Positions 10,558-19,071 of a DNA stretch of 64,000 bases are shown here, in pieces (within the stretch, counting starts at the first letter, position 1; every line of letters starts with the position of its first letter). The stretch comes from a virus (lineage: Duplodnaviria; Caudoviricetes): positions 1 through 64,000 of the IMG/VR virus record IMGVR_UViG_3300002168_000002. One strand, written 5' to 3'. Below the pieces are notes generated by a model, which saw only the letters and a program-made list of their open reading frames with translations, was not told the origin of the DNA and ran no database searches. A program made the position numbers and the translations under genes.

Positions 10558-10790
10558 TCTCCTTTGAGGATATTATTAATTGAATTTGAAAAATCATTTA
10601 CATTTTCTTGGTGATGGGACAGATATTCTTTAATTAACCTTATAACATCTTCTTTAGTTAGGACTGTAAAGTTTTTAATATCTCTCCTTATTAACTCATT
10701 AATATAATAAGATTTGTTTGGTTGTTTAGATAAATGGGGAAGAACATCTTGTGCAATATAAAAGTTTTTACGTTTGTTGCCGGAAGACAT
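10554..10790 (-). CDS. ParR-like ribbon-helix-helix adaptor
   Basis: RKNFYI...NKSYYINELIRRD RHH pattern; overlaps the end of parM. Confidence 0.7.
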   Translation of the reverse strand: MSSGNKRKNFYIAQDVLPHLSKQPNKSYYINELIRRDIKNFTVLTKEDVIRLIKEYLSHHQENVNDFSNSINNILKGE

Positions 10791-11691
10791 TATTGCTCAC
10801 CACCTTTAAACCTAAAACATTATCCCATAGAGGATTGTTAGAAAAAGTTGAGTTGGGGAAATGCTGGAGTAAATAGTCTTTTAGCAGTAAAGCACCACCT
10901 CCTGTAAACATAATTTCCAGGTTTTCGATGTTCCAATTGTTGAGTTTCAAATGATTAATGATTTCCAAGATGTGAAAATTGATAATGTCAGAGATTATTG
11001 GCTTAAACTTGGACAATCCATTATTAATTATATTGGGAATTTCATACTCTTGGAAGTTAGTAGAAAATCTAGAGTTTAAAGATTTGCGAATTTGATTGTA
11101 GAGAATAATTGAACCTAAGTTTTCAGTGAATTTAGTGTTGGGGACGGGGTTAAAATTGTCTAAAATAATACCCTGACAGGTTAAGCCTCCAATATCAATA
11201 AGAGCTTTAACGGAGTTTTGGAAAAAATGAGGATTAACGTATGCTACAGGGACAGTTTGGGGAAATGCTATACATTTATTAATGTGAAAAATAAAGCGTT
11301 GGTTGTTAACCAAAATGTTAATGAAATCAGTTGTGGAGATAAATTTTTCAAATTCTGTTTTAGTTTTAGTGTTGTAGATGTTTAGAGGATAGTTAATTAC
11401 CAAGTTAATGTGGTTTGGAGTATTAGGTTGGATTATTTTAGAAATAAGGGTATAGGCAAGAATACGGTAGGCTTCATTACGTGTTTTATCTAATTCTAAG
11501 GAGTGTTGAGATGCAGATTCGCCTATTATGGCTTTAAGATTGTTGTGTTGGTACTGGATGGTATCAGGGTTCAGAGATGGAAGATATTCAGAAGTTATTT
11601 CAACTTTGGAGCGTATGCGTTGTTTGGTTGAAAGGCAGGCATAATAGTAGCCTAAATCAATTTGTGTGTTAATTGACATAAAAGAACACAT
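10768..11691 (-). CDS. parM: ParM/StbA actin-like ATPase
   Basis: IDLGY, FPQ, IDIGGLT, TGGGA actin-fold motifs. Confidence 0.85.
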   Translation of the reverse strand: MCSFMSINTQIDLGYYYACLSTKQRIRSKVEITSEYLPSLNPDTIQYQHNNLKAIIGESASQHSLELDKTRNEAYRILAYTLISKIIQPNTPNHINLVINYPLNIYNTKTKTEFEKFISTTDFINILVNNQRFIFHINKCIAFPQTVPVAYVNPHFFQNSVKALIDIGGLTCQGIILDNFNPVPNTKFTENLGSIILYNQIRKSLNSRFSTNFQEYEIPNIINNGLSKFKPIISDIINFHILEIINHLKLNNWNIENLEIMFTGGGALLLKDYLLQHFPNSTFSNNPLWDNVLGLKVVSNNVFRQQT

Positions 11692-11713
11692 CCTTTCTTG
11701 GTTAATTGGTACA

Positions 11714-11742
11714 ATATTATGCTATAGTGTGAGGAAATATTA
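11714..11742 (-). promoter_or_regulatory. sigmaE-like sporulation promoter upstream of parM
   Basis: TAATATT-N14-CATAATAT on the minus strand, matching the sigmaE pattern ATA..-N14-CATAnanT. Confidence 0.45.
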
Positions 11743-11743
11743 C

Positions 11744-11785
11744 TTGTTCGTAAATTGTTCGTTTGGTTATTCATTTGGTTGTTCG
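11744..11785. repeat. helically phased TTGTTCG direct repeats (parC-like)
   Basis: TTGTTCG at 11744, 11755, 11779 and TTATTCA at 11767; 11-12 bp period, abutting the parM promoter. Confidence 0.5.
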
Positions 11786-12146
11786 TCTAGGCGTATAAAG
11801 GACAGGCTAAAAAGTGTGAAAAATGGGGGTTTGCGATTTGGAATAGTATTGGAGTTGCTACGACAACAACAACATAAAATTGAAGGTGTGAAAATTTTGC
11901 GATGAGAGATTGAGAGAGAAAAGGAGTAGGGAATAAAAAATGGTGAGTGAAAAGACTAGCGTCGGCTCTCAGTTACTGGAAAAACTGGAAGATTTTTGTA
12001 AAGTATGGGGTATAATATATAGATATGACGTAAATGACGATATAATCAAATACGACACTATATAATAATCTCGTATAATGTATCTTATACGTGATTCTTG
12101 ATTGGCAAAAAGAATTTTTAAATAGTTATGCACACTCTATATTTTA

Positions 12147-12220
12147 AATATTACCAAATTAGTAATATTACCAAATTAGTAATATTACCAAATTAGTAAT
12201 ATTACCAAATTAGTAATATT
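12147..12220. repeat. perfect 17-bp tandem repeat AATATTACCAAATTAGT x4.3
   Basis: units start at 12147, 12164, 12181, 12198. Confidence 0.95.
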
Positions 12221-12558
12221 TCGAGTTTTAACACTGATAAATATCTCTGAGTATTCTACTTCCAAAAAAGAAATACAAAAATAATAAATTACCAGTTCAA
12301 AAATCAATTTTAAGACGTTTTTTTGCTCTATCTAATATAAAAGTATTCGTTTTTAATTTTTATTCTAAGGCTATTATTTTACGTTTTAAGACGTTTTACC
12401 ATTTTTTAGGTTGCTTTGTTCGATACTTTTAGCCTTTTGTTCGGTACTTTTTTATACAAAAAATCTATTTCCATTTATGGAAAAAAATAACTATAGATAA
12501 GATATGCTGTAACTATAGAAAAAAACTATAGAAAAATATTAAAATACAAATATAAAAA

Positions 12559-12586
12559 GAAGGATATTTTAAGGGTAATGGCGAAT
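12559..12586 (+). promoter_or_regulatory. sigmaH-like promoter for the plus-strand early region
   Basis: GAAGGATAT...GGCGAAT; AGGA-N18-GAAT matches RNAGGAWWW-N12-RNNGAAT. Confidence 0.55.
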
Positions 12587-12718
12587 AATATATATACAAT
12601 TAAATATTGATAAGCAAGGAGACGGCTTGCCCGGTGCCACGTGTAGGGATGGGGAAAGGAGGCGAAAATGACCCACAAACCTGAACTGGGAATTCTTGCC
12701 AAAAGATATTTAATTATT

Positions 12719-12732
12719 TGTTCTTTGACAAT
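12719..12732 (+). promoter_or_regulatory. boxA-like antitermination element
   Basis: TGTTCTTTGACAAT resembles rrn boxA; lies in a long untranslated leader. Confidence 0.5.
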
Positions 12733-12889
12733 TTAATATAACCTATCTTTTAATAATAATTATTATCTAATTATATTTCCGGGGAAGTACGCCACGATAT
12801 GAGCGTGCCAAGAAAATATAAATTTAATAATTATTATTAATTAAGATAGATTTTTATTATTCTTTTTTAAGTACATAATAATTATTATT

Positions 12890-13123
12890 ATGTACTTAAA
12901 ATTAAATAATAAAAAGGAGAATGTAAAAATGACAAAAGCAAAAGTAAAATTTATTATTAAAGGACTTGTATCTCACGCAAGGGAAAAATCCTGTGTGTTG
13001 GGAAATGAAGCAATGCCGGAAATATTACAGCTAAAAGCAATTGCAGAAGATCTTGCAATTTTTTGGGGACATGAAGATCTGGAAAGCTTATTTGCTGATA
13101 ATATGGAGTATATATTTAAATAA
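12890..13123 (+). CDS. hypothetical protein (likely start 12929)
   Basis: AAGGAG RBS before the second ATG. Confidence 0.7.
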   Translation: MYLKLNNKKENVKMTKAKVKFIIKGLVSHAREKSCVLGNEAMPEILQLKAIAEDLAIFWGHEDLESLFADNMEYIFK

Positions 13124-13126
13124 CAA

Positions 13127-13200
13127 TTTAATTCTTGCTAGAGGGGAATATTAAATAGTAATGATTATTATTTAATATTCCCTTTTGTGGAAGAATTAAA
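13127..13200 (+). promoter_or_regulatory. stem-internal loop-stem hairpin, putative RNase III processing site (copy 1 of 5)
   Basis: TTTAATTCTT/AAGAATTAAA lower stem, GCT/GTGG internal loop, long upper stem. Confidence 0.5.
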
Positions 13201-13217
13201 TAAAAAATAAAAAGGAG

Positions 13218-13550
13218 TTGTTTTTAATGTTAAATAATTCTTATCTTAAATTCAGTTGGTATACTTCGGGTGCTGGTGACTATGAAGATACCTACAAAGA
13301 AAGAACCGTTGCCCCTGTTAGTTTTGAATCTGTCGAAACAGAAAAAGAGATGAAAGAATACATTGCTCAAATTATAGCAGCAATAATAATAAAAAATGAT
13401 GATTATATCCATACTCTTAACACTGTTAAAGCAATTACAGAAGGAAAAACAATATTATACATTCAGGATTATAAAGAAGCGGAAGAATTAAAACAATTAA
13501 TTGACAAGTATATATCAGCAATATACATTTATAATAACATTAATCTCTAA
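13218..13550 (+). CDS. hypothetical protein
   Basis: 110 aa, RBS AAGGAG. Confidence 0.75.
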   Translation: MFLMLNNSYLKFSWYTSGAGDYEDTYKERTVAPVSFESVETEKEMKEYIAQIIAAIIIKNDDYIHTLNTVKAITEGKTILYIQDYKEAEELKQLIDKYISAIYIYNNINL

Positions 13551-13703
13551 CCTTTAGTACATGTTCAAAATGAAGAACTGTATAATATTTAATCCTTGCT
13601 AGAAGGGATAATTAATTAATAATAATTATCCCTTTTATGGAAGGATTAAATTACTAAAATAAAAATGTTTCACGTGAAACATAAAAAAAAAGGAGAGTAA
13701 AAA

Positions 13704-14861
13704 ATGGAAAAATGTTTTAACTGTGAAGAAAATTTTAAGAGTGACAAATTAACAGAGGCTAACGGGGAATTATATTGTTCTGAATGCATGGATGAAAATT
13801 TTATATCCTGTGAAAAATGCGGGGAACTAATTCATGTTGACGATTATATTGAAGCAGGTAATGGTGACGTTATCTGTGAATATTGCTTAAATAATCATTA
13901 TACTGAATGTGACGATTGTGGTAAATATTTTCCAAATAATGAAGTTCATTATGATGGAAATATTCACCTGTGTGAAAACTGTATGCAAGACTATTACATT
14001 TGCCAAAATTGTGGCGAATACGTTCACGAAAATGACACATATTGCTATGATGGCGAAGTATATTGTCAATATTGTTATGAAAGAATTAAACCAGATTTTA
14101 TTCATGACTATGATTACAAACCAAATCCAATTTTTTACGGGGATGGCAAAAAATTTTTTGGAATAGAGCTAGAAATTGATGGAGGAGGAGAGGACGGAGA
14201 AAAAGCCGAAAATATAACATGGAATATAAATTATCCTGAAGATCACGTGTATTGTAAACATGATGGATCACTTGACGAAGGCTTTGAAATTGTAACTCAT
14301 CCCATGAGTTACAATTATATTACTAAAATAAAAGAGGATTTTAAAAAAATGATAGAAAGGGCTATAGATGAAGGATATACTTCGCATGATACAGGATCTT
14401 GCGGTTTGCATATCCATATATCAAGAGAATTTTTTGGCGAATGCGAAGAGCAACAGGATCTTCATATTGCTAAAATTCTATATTTGGTTGAGAAACACTG
14501 GAAGAAAATGGTAATTTTCTCCCGGAGGACAGAAGCACAATTAAACCGTTGGGCATCTCGATACTGTGAAGAAGGAGAAAGTTTAAATTCAAACAACATA
14601 CTAGAAAAAGCAAAAATTTCCGGTCGCTATCATGCTATCAATCTTAAAAATAAACACACTATAGAATTTAGACTTTTCCGTGGCACTCTTAAATTTAATA
14701 CATTTATAGCAACAATACAATTTGTTCATCATTTAACAGACTTAGCAAAAAAATTATCCCTGCAGGAAATACAATCCTTGCAATGGAATAAAATTGTCAA
14801 AATAAATGAAAATGAATATCCAGAACTTATACAGTATTTAAGAGAAAGAAAACTGGTTTAA
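13704..14861 (+). CDS. amidoligase (COOH-NH2 ligase type 2) with N-terminal CxxC repeats
   Basis: GIELE, HDGSL, FEIVTHP, CGLHIH, RYHAIN, TIEFRLF; 8 CxxC motifs in the N-terminal third. Confidence 0.85.
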   Translation: MEKCFNCEENFKSDKLTEANGELYCSECMDENFISCEKCGELIHVDDYIEAGNGDVICEYCLNNHYTECDDCGKYFPNNEVHYDGNIHLCENCMQDYYICQNCGEYVHENDTYCYDGEVYCQYCYERIKPDFIHDYDYKPNPIFYGDGKKFFGIELEIDGGGEDGEKAENITWNINYPEDHVYCKHDGSLDEGFEIVTHPMSYNYITKIKEDFKKMIERAIDEGYTSHDTGSCGLHIHISREFFGECEEQQDLHIAKILYLVEKHWKKMVIFSRRTEAQLNRWASRYCEEGESLNSNNILEKAKISGRYHAINLKNKHTIEFRLFRGTLKFNTFIATIQFVHHLTDLAKKLSLQEIQSLQWNKIVKINENEYPELIQYLRERKLV

Positions 14862-14947
14862 AACAGGTTATTCCTTCTTGCTATGGCGTACTCAAGTACG
14901 CCATATATTGAAGGAATAAACTAAAAAAAGAAAGAAGGAATGCGTTA

Positions 14948-15640
14948 ATGTGTATCATTATTTACAAACCTAAAGGTAAAGATTTGTCTAGAGATCATCT
15001 GATAACATCTTTTGAAAACAATTTTGATGGAGCAGGTTTTATGTATCAAGAAAAAGGGAAGGTTATTATTGATAAGGGATTTATGTATATCGAAGAACTT
15101 TTCCACGCATTGAAAAAACTCGATGCAAAAAATAAGGATATTGTTCTTCATTTTAGATTTGCAACTCATGGAGAGATATCACCGGAGAATTGCCATCCTT
15201 TCCCAATAACAGATAAAGAAAAAGAATTAACATTGCTTGAAACAGTATGTGAAGCAGGAATAGCGCATAATGGCATTATTCCTTTTTGTAATGACAAAAA
15301 AAGTCATTTATCGGACACGCAAATATTTATAAAAAAATATCTGTCTAAACTCAATAACAGTTTAAACAATCCTGCTTTGCATGAATTAATATTGCAAAGT
15401 ACCGAATCAAAATTCGCCATAATGACAAATAATAATGTTTATCTTTTAGGAGACTTTATAAAGGAAAAAGGAATATTTTATAGTAACAGTAGTTACAAAA
15501 AATTAAAATTTTATAGTTTAAAAAAATCTTTTCTGCAATGCGAATGCTGCGGAAAATATATAACGGAAAAAGAAGAAGCTTTTTATAATTATGATATTGT
15601 AATTTGTGAGTATTGTAATAATCTTTTTGCAGGTATTTAA
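14948..15640 (+). CDS. class II (Ntn) glutamine amidotransferase
   Basis: N-terminal Cys2, DGAG, HFRFATHG, NCHPF, HNG, SDT. Confidence 0.88.
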   Translation: MCIIIYKPKGKDLSRDHLITSFENNFDGAGFMYQEKGKVIIDKGFMYIEELFHALKKLDAKNKDIVLHFRFATHGEISPENCHPFPITDKEKELTLLETVCEAGIAHNGIIPFCNDKKSHLSDTQIFIKKYLSKLNNSLNNPALHELILQSTESKFAIMTNNNVYLLGDFIKEKGIFYSNSSYKKLKFYSLKKSFLQCECCGKYITEKEEAFYNYDIVICEYCNNLFAGI

Positions 15641-15713
15641 TTCTTGCAATATAGGCAGGATATTCCTGTCTATCATGGAAGGATTAAATTTAAAAAAAAA
15701 GGAGATGGAAGGA

Positions 15714-16349
15714 ATGAAAAGTAACAAAGAACAATTATTACTTACCAGTGCCGACAATATGGAAATAACTGCTAACAGGTGGATTGAACATTATAACAAC
15801 AACAAAGGATTATATAATTACATTTTTAACCAAAATGTAATTATAGCAAAAAATGGAAAATATACAATTTCCCAGGAACTGGAAGCAATAACAACCACAA
15901 AAAATTACATGATTAGCTTCCAGGAACTGGAAGACTTGAAGCAGGAGTCAATCCTGCTTATGATGGAATTTATTTCCAGGAGAGGGACGATACTTTACAG
16001 ATATAAATATACTATCTGGAAACAATGCGTACAAAGGGCCATTGTAAAGCACGTCAGACAACAAAGGAGATTCTTTTTACAACCTGAAAACCTTGATCAA
16101 AAAATAGCCTGGGATAAAGGCGAACGTGTGCAGGTCGATCCTGGCGAATATTCTCAAATTGACTTTAAAATTGACGTTAAAAACCTTGATACACTAAACA
16201 AGAAAGAGAAGCAAATAATAATGTTTCTTTTTCAGAAATACAAGCAAAAGGAAATTGCCGATATGTTAAAAATATCGTCGCAAATGATAAGCAAATATAT
16301 TCGTCAGATAAGGAAAAAATTATCTGCTGCTGAATTAATGAACGCATAA
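15714..16349 (+). CDS. phage sigma70-family factor (ECF/TcdR-like size)
   Basis: region 2-like EDLKQE...RQQRR and region 4 LNKKEKQII...KQKEIADMLKISSQMISKYIRQIRKKL; RBS supports start at 15714. Confidence 0.75.
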   Translation: MKSNKEQLLLTSADNMEITANRWIEHYNNNKGLYNYIFNQNVIIAKNGKYTISQELEAITTTKNYMISFQELEDLKQESILLMMEFISRRGTILYRYKYTIWKQCVQRAIVKHVRQQRRFFLQPENLDQKIAWDKGERVQVDPGEYSQIDFKIDVKNLDTLNKKEKQIIMFLFQKYKQKEIADMLKISSQMISKYIRQIRKKLSAAELMNA

Positions 16350-16360
16350 ATTATTAATAT

Positions 16361-16395
16361 AATAACCTGCCATAATAGGCAGGTTATTTTTTTTT
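16361..16395 (+). terminator. intrinsic terminator after the sigma gene
   Basis: AATAACCTGCC/GGCAGGTTATT stem plus T-run. Confidence 0.85.
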
Positions 16396-16423
16396 ATACT
16401 TTTTTAAAATATTTTTTGTAATA

Positions 16424-16460
16424 GGTTTACTTTTTAGTTATTTAGAAGTTAGTATTATAT
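16424..16460 (+). promoter_or_regulatory. phage promoter class 1 (RGTTDAY-N15-AAGTTAGTAT), first of 12 full copies
   Basis: other copies at 16888, 17374, 17855, 19619, 19982, 20976, 23404, 25816, 26721, 29045, 34775, all with a 15-nt spacer. Confidence 0.85.
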
Positions 16461-16486
16461 ATAACAATAAAAGGAGTTGGAAAATA

Positions 16487-16846
16487 ATGCAAAAAGTAAA
16501 AATAAATGGCCAAAATATGTTTTTAGTCCGTCAAGGTGTGGTTTATAACCCGAAAAAAGCAGAATTTATGACAATAACAGGATACCAAGCAAAAAAAGCA
16601 AAAGTAGAACCAATTACTGAAGAAGAATTTTTAAATCTTTGGGACTGTACTTCAAAACCAACAAAAAAAGATATTGAAAATAGGAATATGATTTTTAAAA
16701 GTGAATACCTCCCCTTAGATCACGATTGGTGGACATTTGGCATTAACTATAAAAAAGAATTTTTTAAATCAATTATTGAAACTTTTGTTAGTTCCCCAGA
16801 TTTTGAAAAAGTATTTGATAAGACTTCAATCCAGGCGTTATTTTAG
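16487..16846 (+). CDS. hypothetical protein
   Basis: 119 aa between class-1 promoter and terminator. Confidence 0.8.
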   Translation: MQKVKINGQNMFLVRQGVVYNPKKAEFMTITGYQAKKAKVEPITEEEFLNLWDCTSKPTKKDIENRNMIFKSEYLPLDHDWWTFGINYKKEFFKSIIETFVSSPDFEKVFDKTSIQALF

Positions 16847-16992
16847 CAGGGAGACTAAAATGTTTCCCTGCTATTTTTTTATTTGAAGGTTTACTTTTTA
16901 TATAGTGATAAGTTAGTATTATATATAACAAATAAGATGATTGGTTAATAACCTAATCATCAATAAAAATAAATAAACAGGAGGAATTATAT

Positions 16993-17325
16993 ATGAAAAA
17001 AGTTCTATGGTTTTCAAGACACGAATTGAACGAAGATCAAGTGTGTGATCTTCGGAGAATTTTTGGAGAAATAACAATTAGTCAAGTTAACAAGACCATT
17101 AATAGTGCTTATGAAGTTCAAAAAGAAATTTCCGAATCAGACATTATTGCAATTGTAGCTCCTATTAACTTACAAGAACAATTTTTAAAACTGGCAGGAG
17201 AAAAACCAGTTATTTCCTGCCGTAACAAGAGAATTATTGATCCAACCGATAACACAAAAGTTAATTTTGTGTTTGATGGTTGGTATCAAATAAAGAAAAT
17301 TGAAGTTATAACAGAAGATCTTTAA
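16993..17325 (+). CDS. small Rossmann-like protein, possible Csx15/16/20-like ring nuclease
   Basis: VLWFSRHEL..DQ N-terminus, DIIAIVAP; family call from recall only. Confidence 0.35.
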   Translation: MKKVLWFSRHELNEDQVCDLRRIFGEITISQVNKTINSAYEVQKEISESDIIAIVAPINLQEQFLKLAGEKPVISCRNKRIIDPTDNTKVNFVFDGWYQIKKIEVITEDL

Positions 17326-17432
17326 ATTTGGATGCAGGAAGGTTTTATACTTTCCTGCTATTTTTTATTTAGTGGTTGATTTTTTTATTATTAGCAAGTT
17401 AGTATTATATTGAAAAGCTAAAATAAAAAGGA

Positions 17433-17699
17433 GTGTTAACAATGACAGAGATCAAAAAGAAAGAATTATTAAAATTAGCTAAAGGACATTGGCAGGAAAA
17501 TATACTATTTGACTTATTAACACAAAAAACAATAGTAAGTCCAATAGGAAAACAATTAAAAGCAAGAAACTATATAGGAAGATATGAAGAGTCTTTTTAT
17601 AACCTTCTTTCTAGACTTAACAGTGCAGGGATAACAGTTCAGCGAACTCCTGGCCCTAGAGGAGGTGAATACTCTGCAACATATAAAATTATTTTTTAA
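17433..17699 (+). CDS. hypothetical protein
   Basis: RBS, class-1 promoter and terminator flank it. Confidence 0.75.
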   Translation: MLTMTEIKKKELLKLAKGHWQENILFDLLTQKTIVSPIGKQLKARNYIGRYEESFYNLLSRLNSAGITVQRTPGPRGGEYSATYKIIF

Positions 17700-17889
17700 T
17701 TTAATTAACAACCGGAAAGGGTTAAAGTCCTTTTCCGGTATATTTTTTTTGTACAAGAATTATTAAAATTAAAAAAAGGAGTGAAAAAAATGACAAGAAA
17801 AAAAATTGAAAAAATATCTTTCTAAACAAGAAAGAAGATTATTAAAAATTGAAGGGTTTATTTTTTACCCTTTGAAAAGTTAGTATTAT

Positions 17890-18162
17890 ATGACTAAAAT
17901 AAAAAAGGAGTTGTTCATAATGACAAAAAGAATGACAAAAAGAAGTTTGTTAGAATCTTTTATCAATGGCGCAACAAAGGGGAAGGGATCAAATTTAATT
18001 ATCAAAGACAATGAATTAATTAACTATAACACAGTTATCGCCAAAAGGGAAGGAAATAAAATTCTCCTGAATAACAGAAAATACAGCAAAACTACAACCG
18101 TCAATCAAAACATTATCAGACAAATAACTCCTAAAAATATACTTCAAGAAATACCATTTTAA
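17890..18162 (+). CDS. hypothetical protein (likely start 17920)
   Basis: RBS AAGGAG; class-1 promoter upstream. Confidence 0.75.
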   Translation: MTKIKKELFIMTKRMTKRSLLESFINGATKGKGSNLIIKDNELINYNTVIAKREGNKILLNNRKYSKTTTVNQNIIRQITPKNILQEIPF

Positions 18163-18175
18163 TTTAAGGTAACAA

Positions 18176-18214
18176 TAGCAGGAAGAGGATAAAACCTTTT
18201 CCTGCTAATTTTTT
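18176..18214 (+). terminator. GCAGG/CCTGC-family terminator, identical to 19571-19602
   Basis: TAGCAGGAAGAGGATAAAACCTTTTCCTGCTA occurs twice. Confidence 0.85.
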
Positions 18215-18257
18215 ATTTGTTGGTTGATTATATAACAATAAAAAGGAGTGCTTTTCA

Positions 18258-18626
18258 ATGAAAACTAAGAAAGACTTACAAGAATTAATTATCAAAAAAG
18301 GGGGATTAATTTTTAGCGAAGGGACATTAAGTCTAGTACATCTTTTACCTGCTGCTTATGATTTAATTGTTGAATTTAATCTTAATAGCAATCTTGAAAA
18401 AGACATTAAAAAAGTATTCTCCAATACAGACACAGAACCGACATATCATAACCAATATTATGGTTATATTACCATACCAGAAGACAAAGAAGAAGAAGCA
18501 TCATATATCTTCAATGAAGATATATTTAATTTGTTTAATGATATTGCGCCAGAGGGATTTTATTTTGGAAATCTAGAAGGCGACGGTGCTTGCTTTGGTT
18601 GGTTTATGATAGAAGAAGAAGAATAA
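18258..18626 (+). CDS. hypothetical acidic protein
   Basis: 122 aa, RBS. Confidence 0.8.
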   Translation: MKTKKDLQELIIKKGGLIFSEGTLSLVHLLPAAYDLIVEFNLNSNLEKDIKKVFSNTDTEPTYHNQYYGYITIPEDKEEEASYIFNEDIFNLFNDIAPEGFYFGNLEGDGACFGWFMIEEEE

Positions 18627-18775
18627 GTGTATTAATATAAAAAATAGGGCTAGAATAGCCGAATTGCCTTTACTTCAATGGGTATAGTTATTCATTGCTT
18701 CAGCGCATTATTAATATAATAGTGCGCTGTATGGAGTGAATAACACTTCAATAATATAATAGGAGGTTGTAAAAA

Positions 18776-19069
18776 ATGGAAAAGGTAAAAATTGAATATG
18801 AGAAATTAACGGAAATTGAACTACTCAAAATATGGAAAGATGACGAGTGTGAATTTGATGAATTTTTATACAAAACAGGACTAACAGCAAAGGAAGTTAA
18901 TAAAGCAATAGAAAATGAGGATGCAATAAATATATTAAAACAAATAATTCAATATGCTAGAGGTTGCGGTCTGGAATTTTGCTATCAATGTAACTGTTTT
19001 GTAGACGATAACGCATATATTTATAGTGCGCAACAGTGCATTGAATGTGCAATCGGAAATGGTGTTTAG
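18776..19069 (+). CDS. hypothetical protein with C-terminal CxxC pair
   Basis: 97 aa, RBS AGGAGG. Confidence 0.75.
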   Translation: MEKVKIEYEKLTEIELLKIWKDDECEFDEFLYKTGLTAKEVNKAIENEDAINILKQIIQYARGCGLEFCYQCNCFVDDNAYIYSAQQCIECAIGNGV

Positions 19070-19071
19070 TA

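Noticed and set aside
11666-11905. 79-aa plus-strand ORF
   Set aside because: No RBS; overlaps the parM start, promoter and repeats
12147-12220. Possible CRISPR array
   Set aside because: Units are contiguous 17-mers with no spacers, and no cas genes are present
15606-15713. N-terminal extension of the sigma ORF in the ORF track
   Set aside because: Overlaps the previous gene and a processing hairpin; the RBS supports 15714
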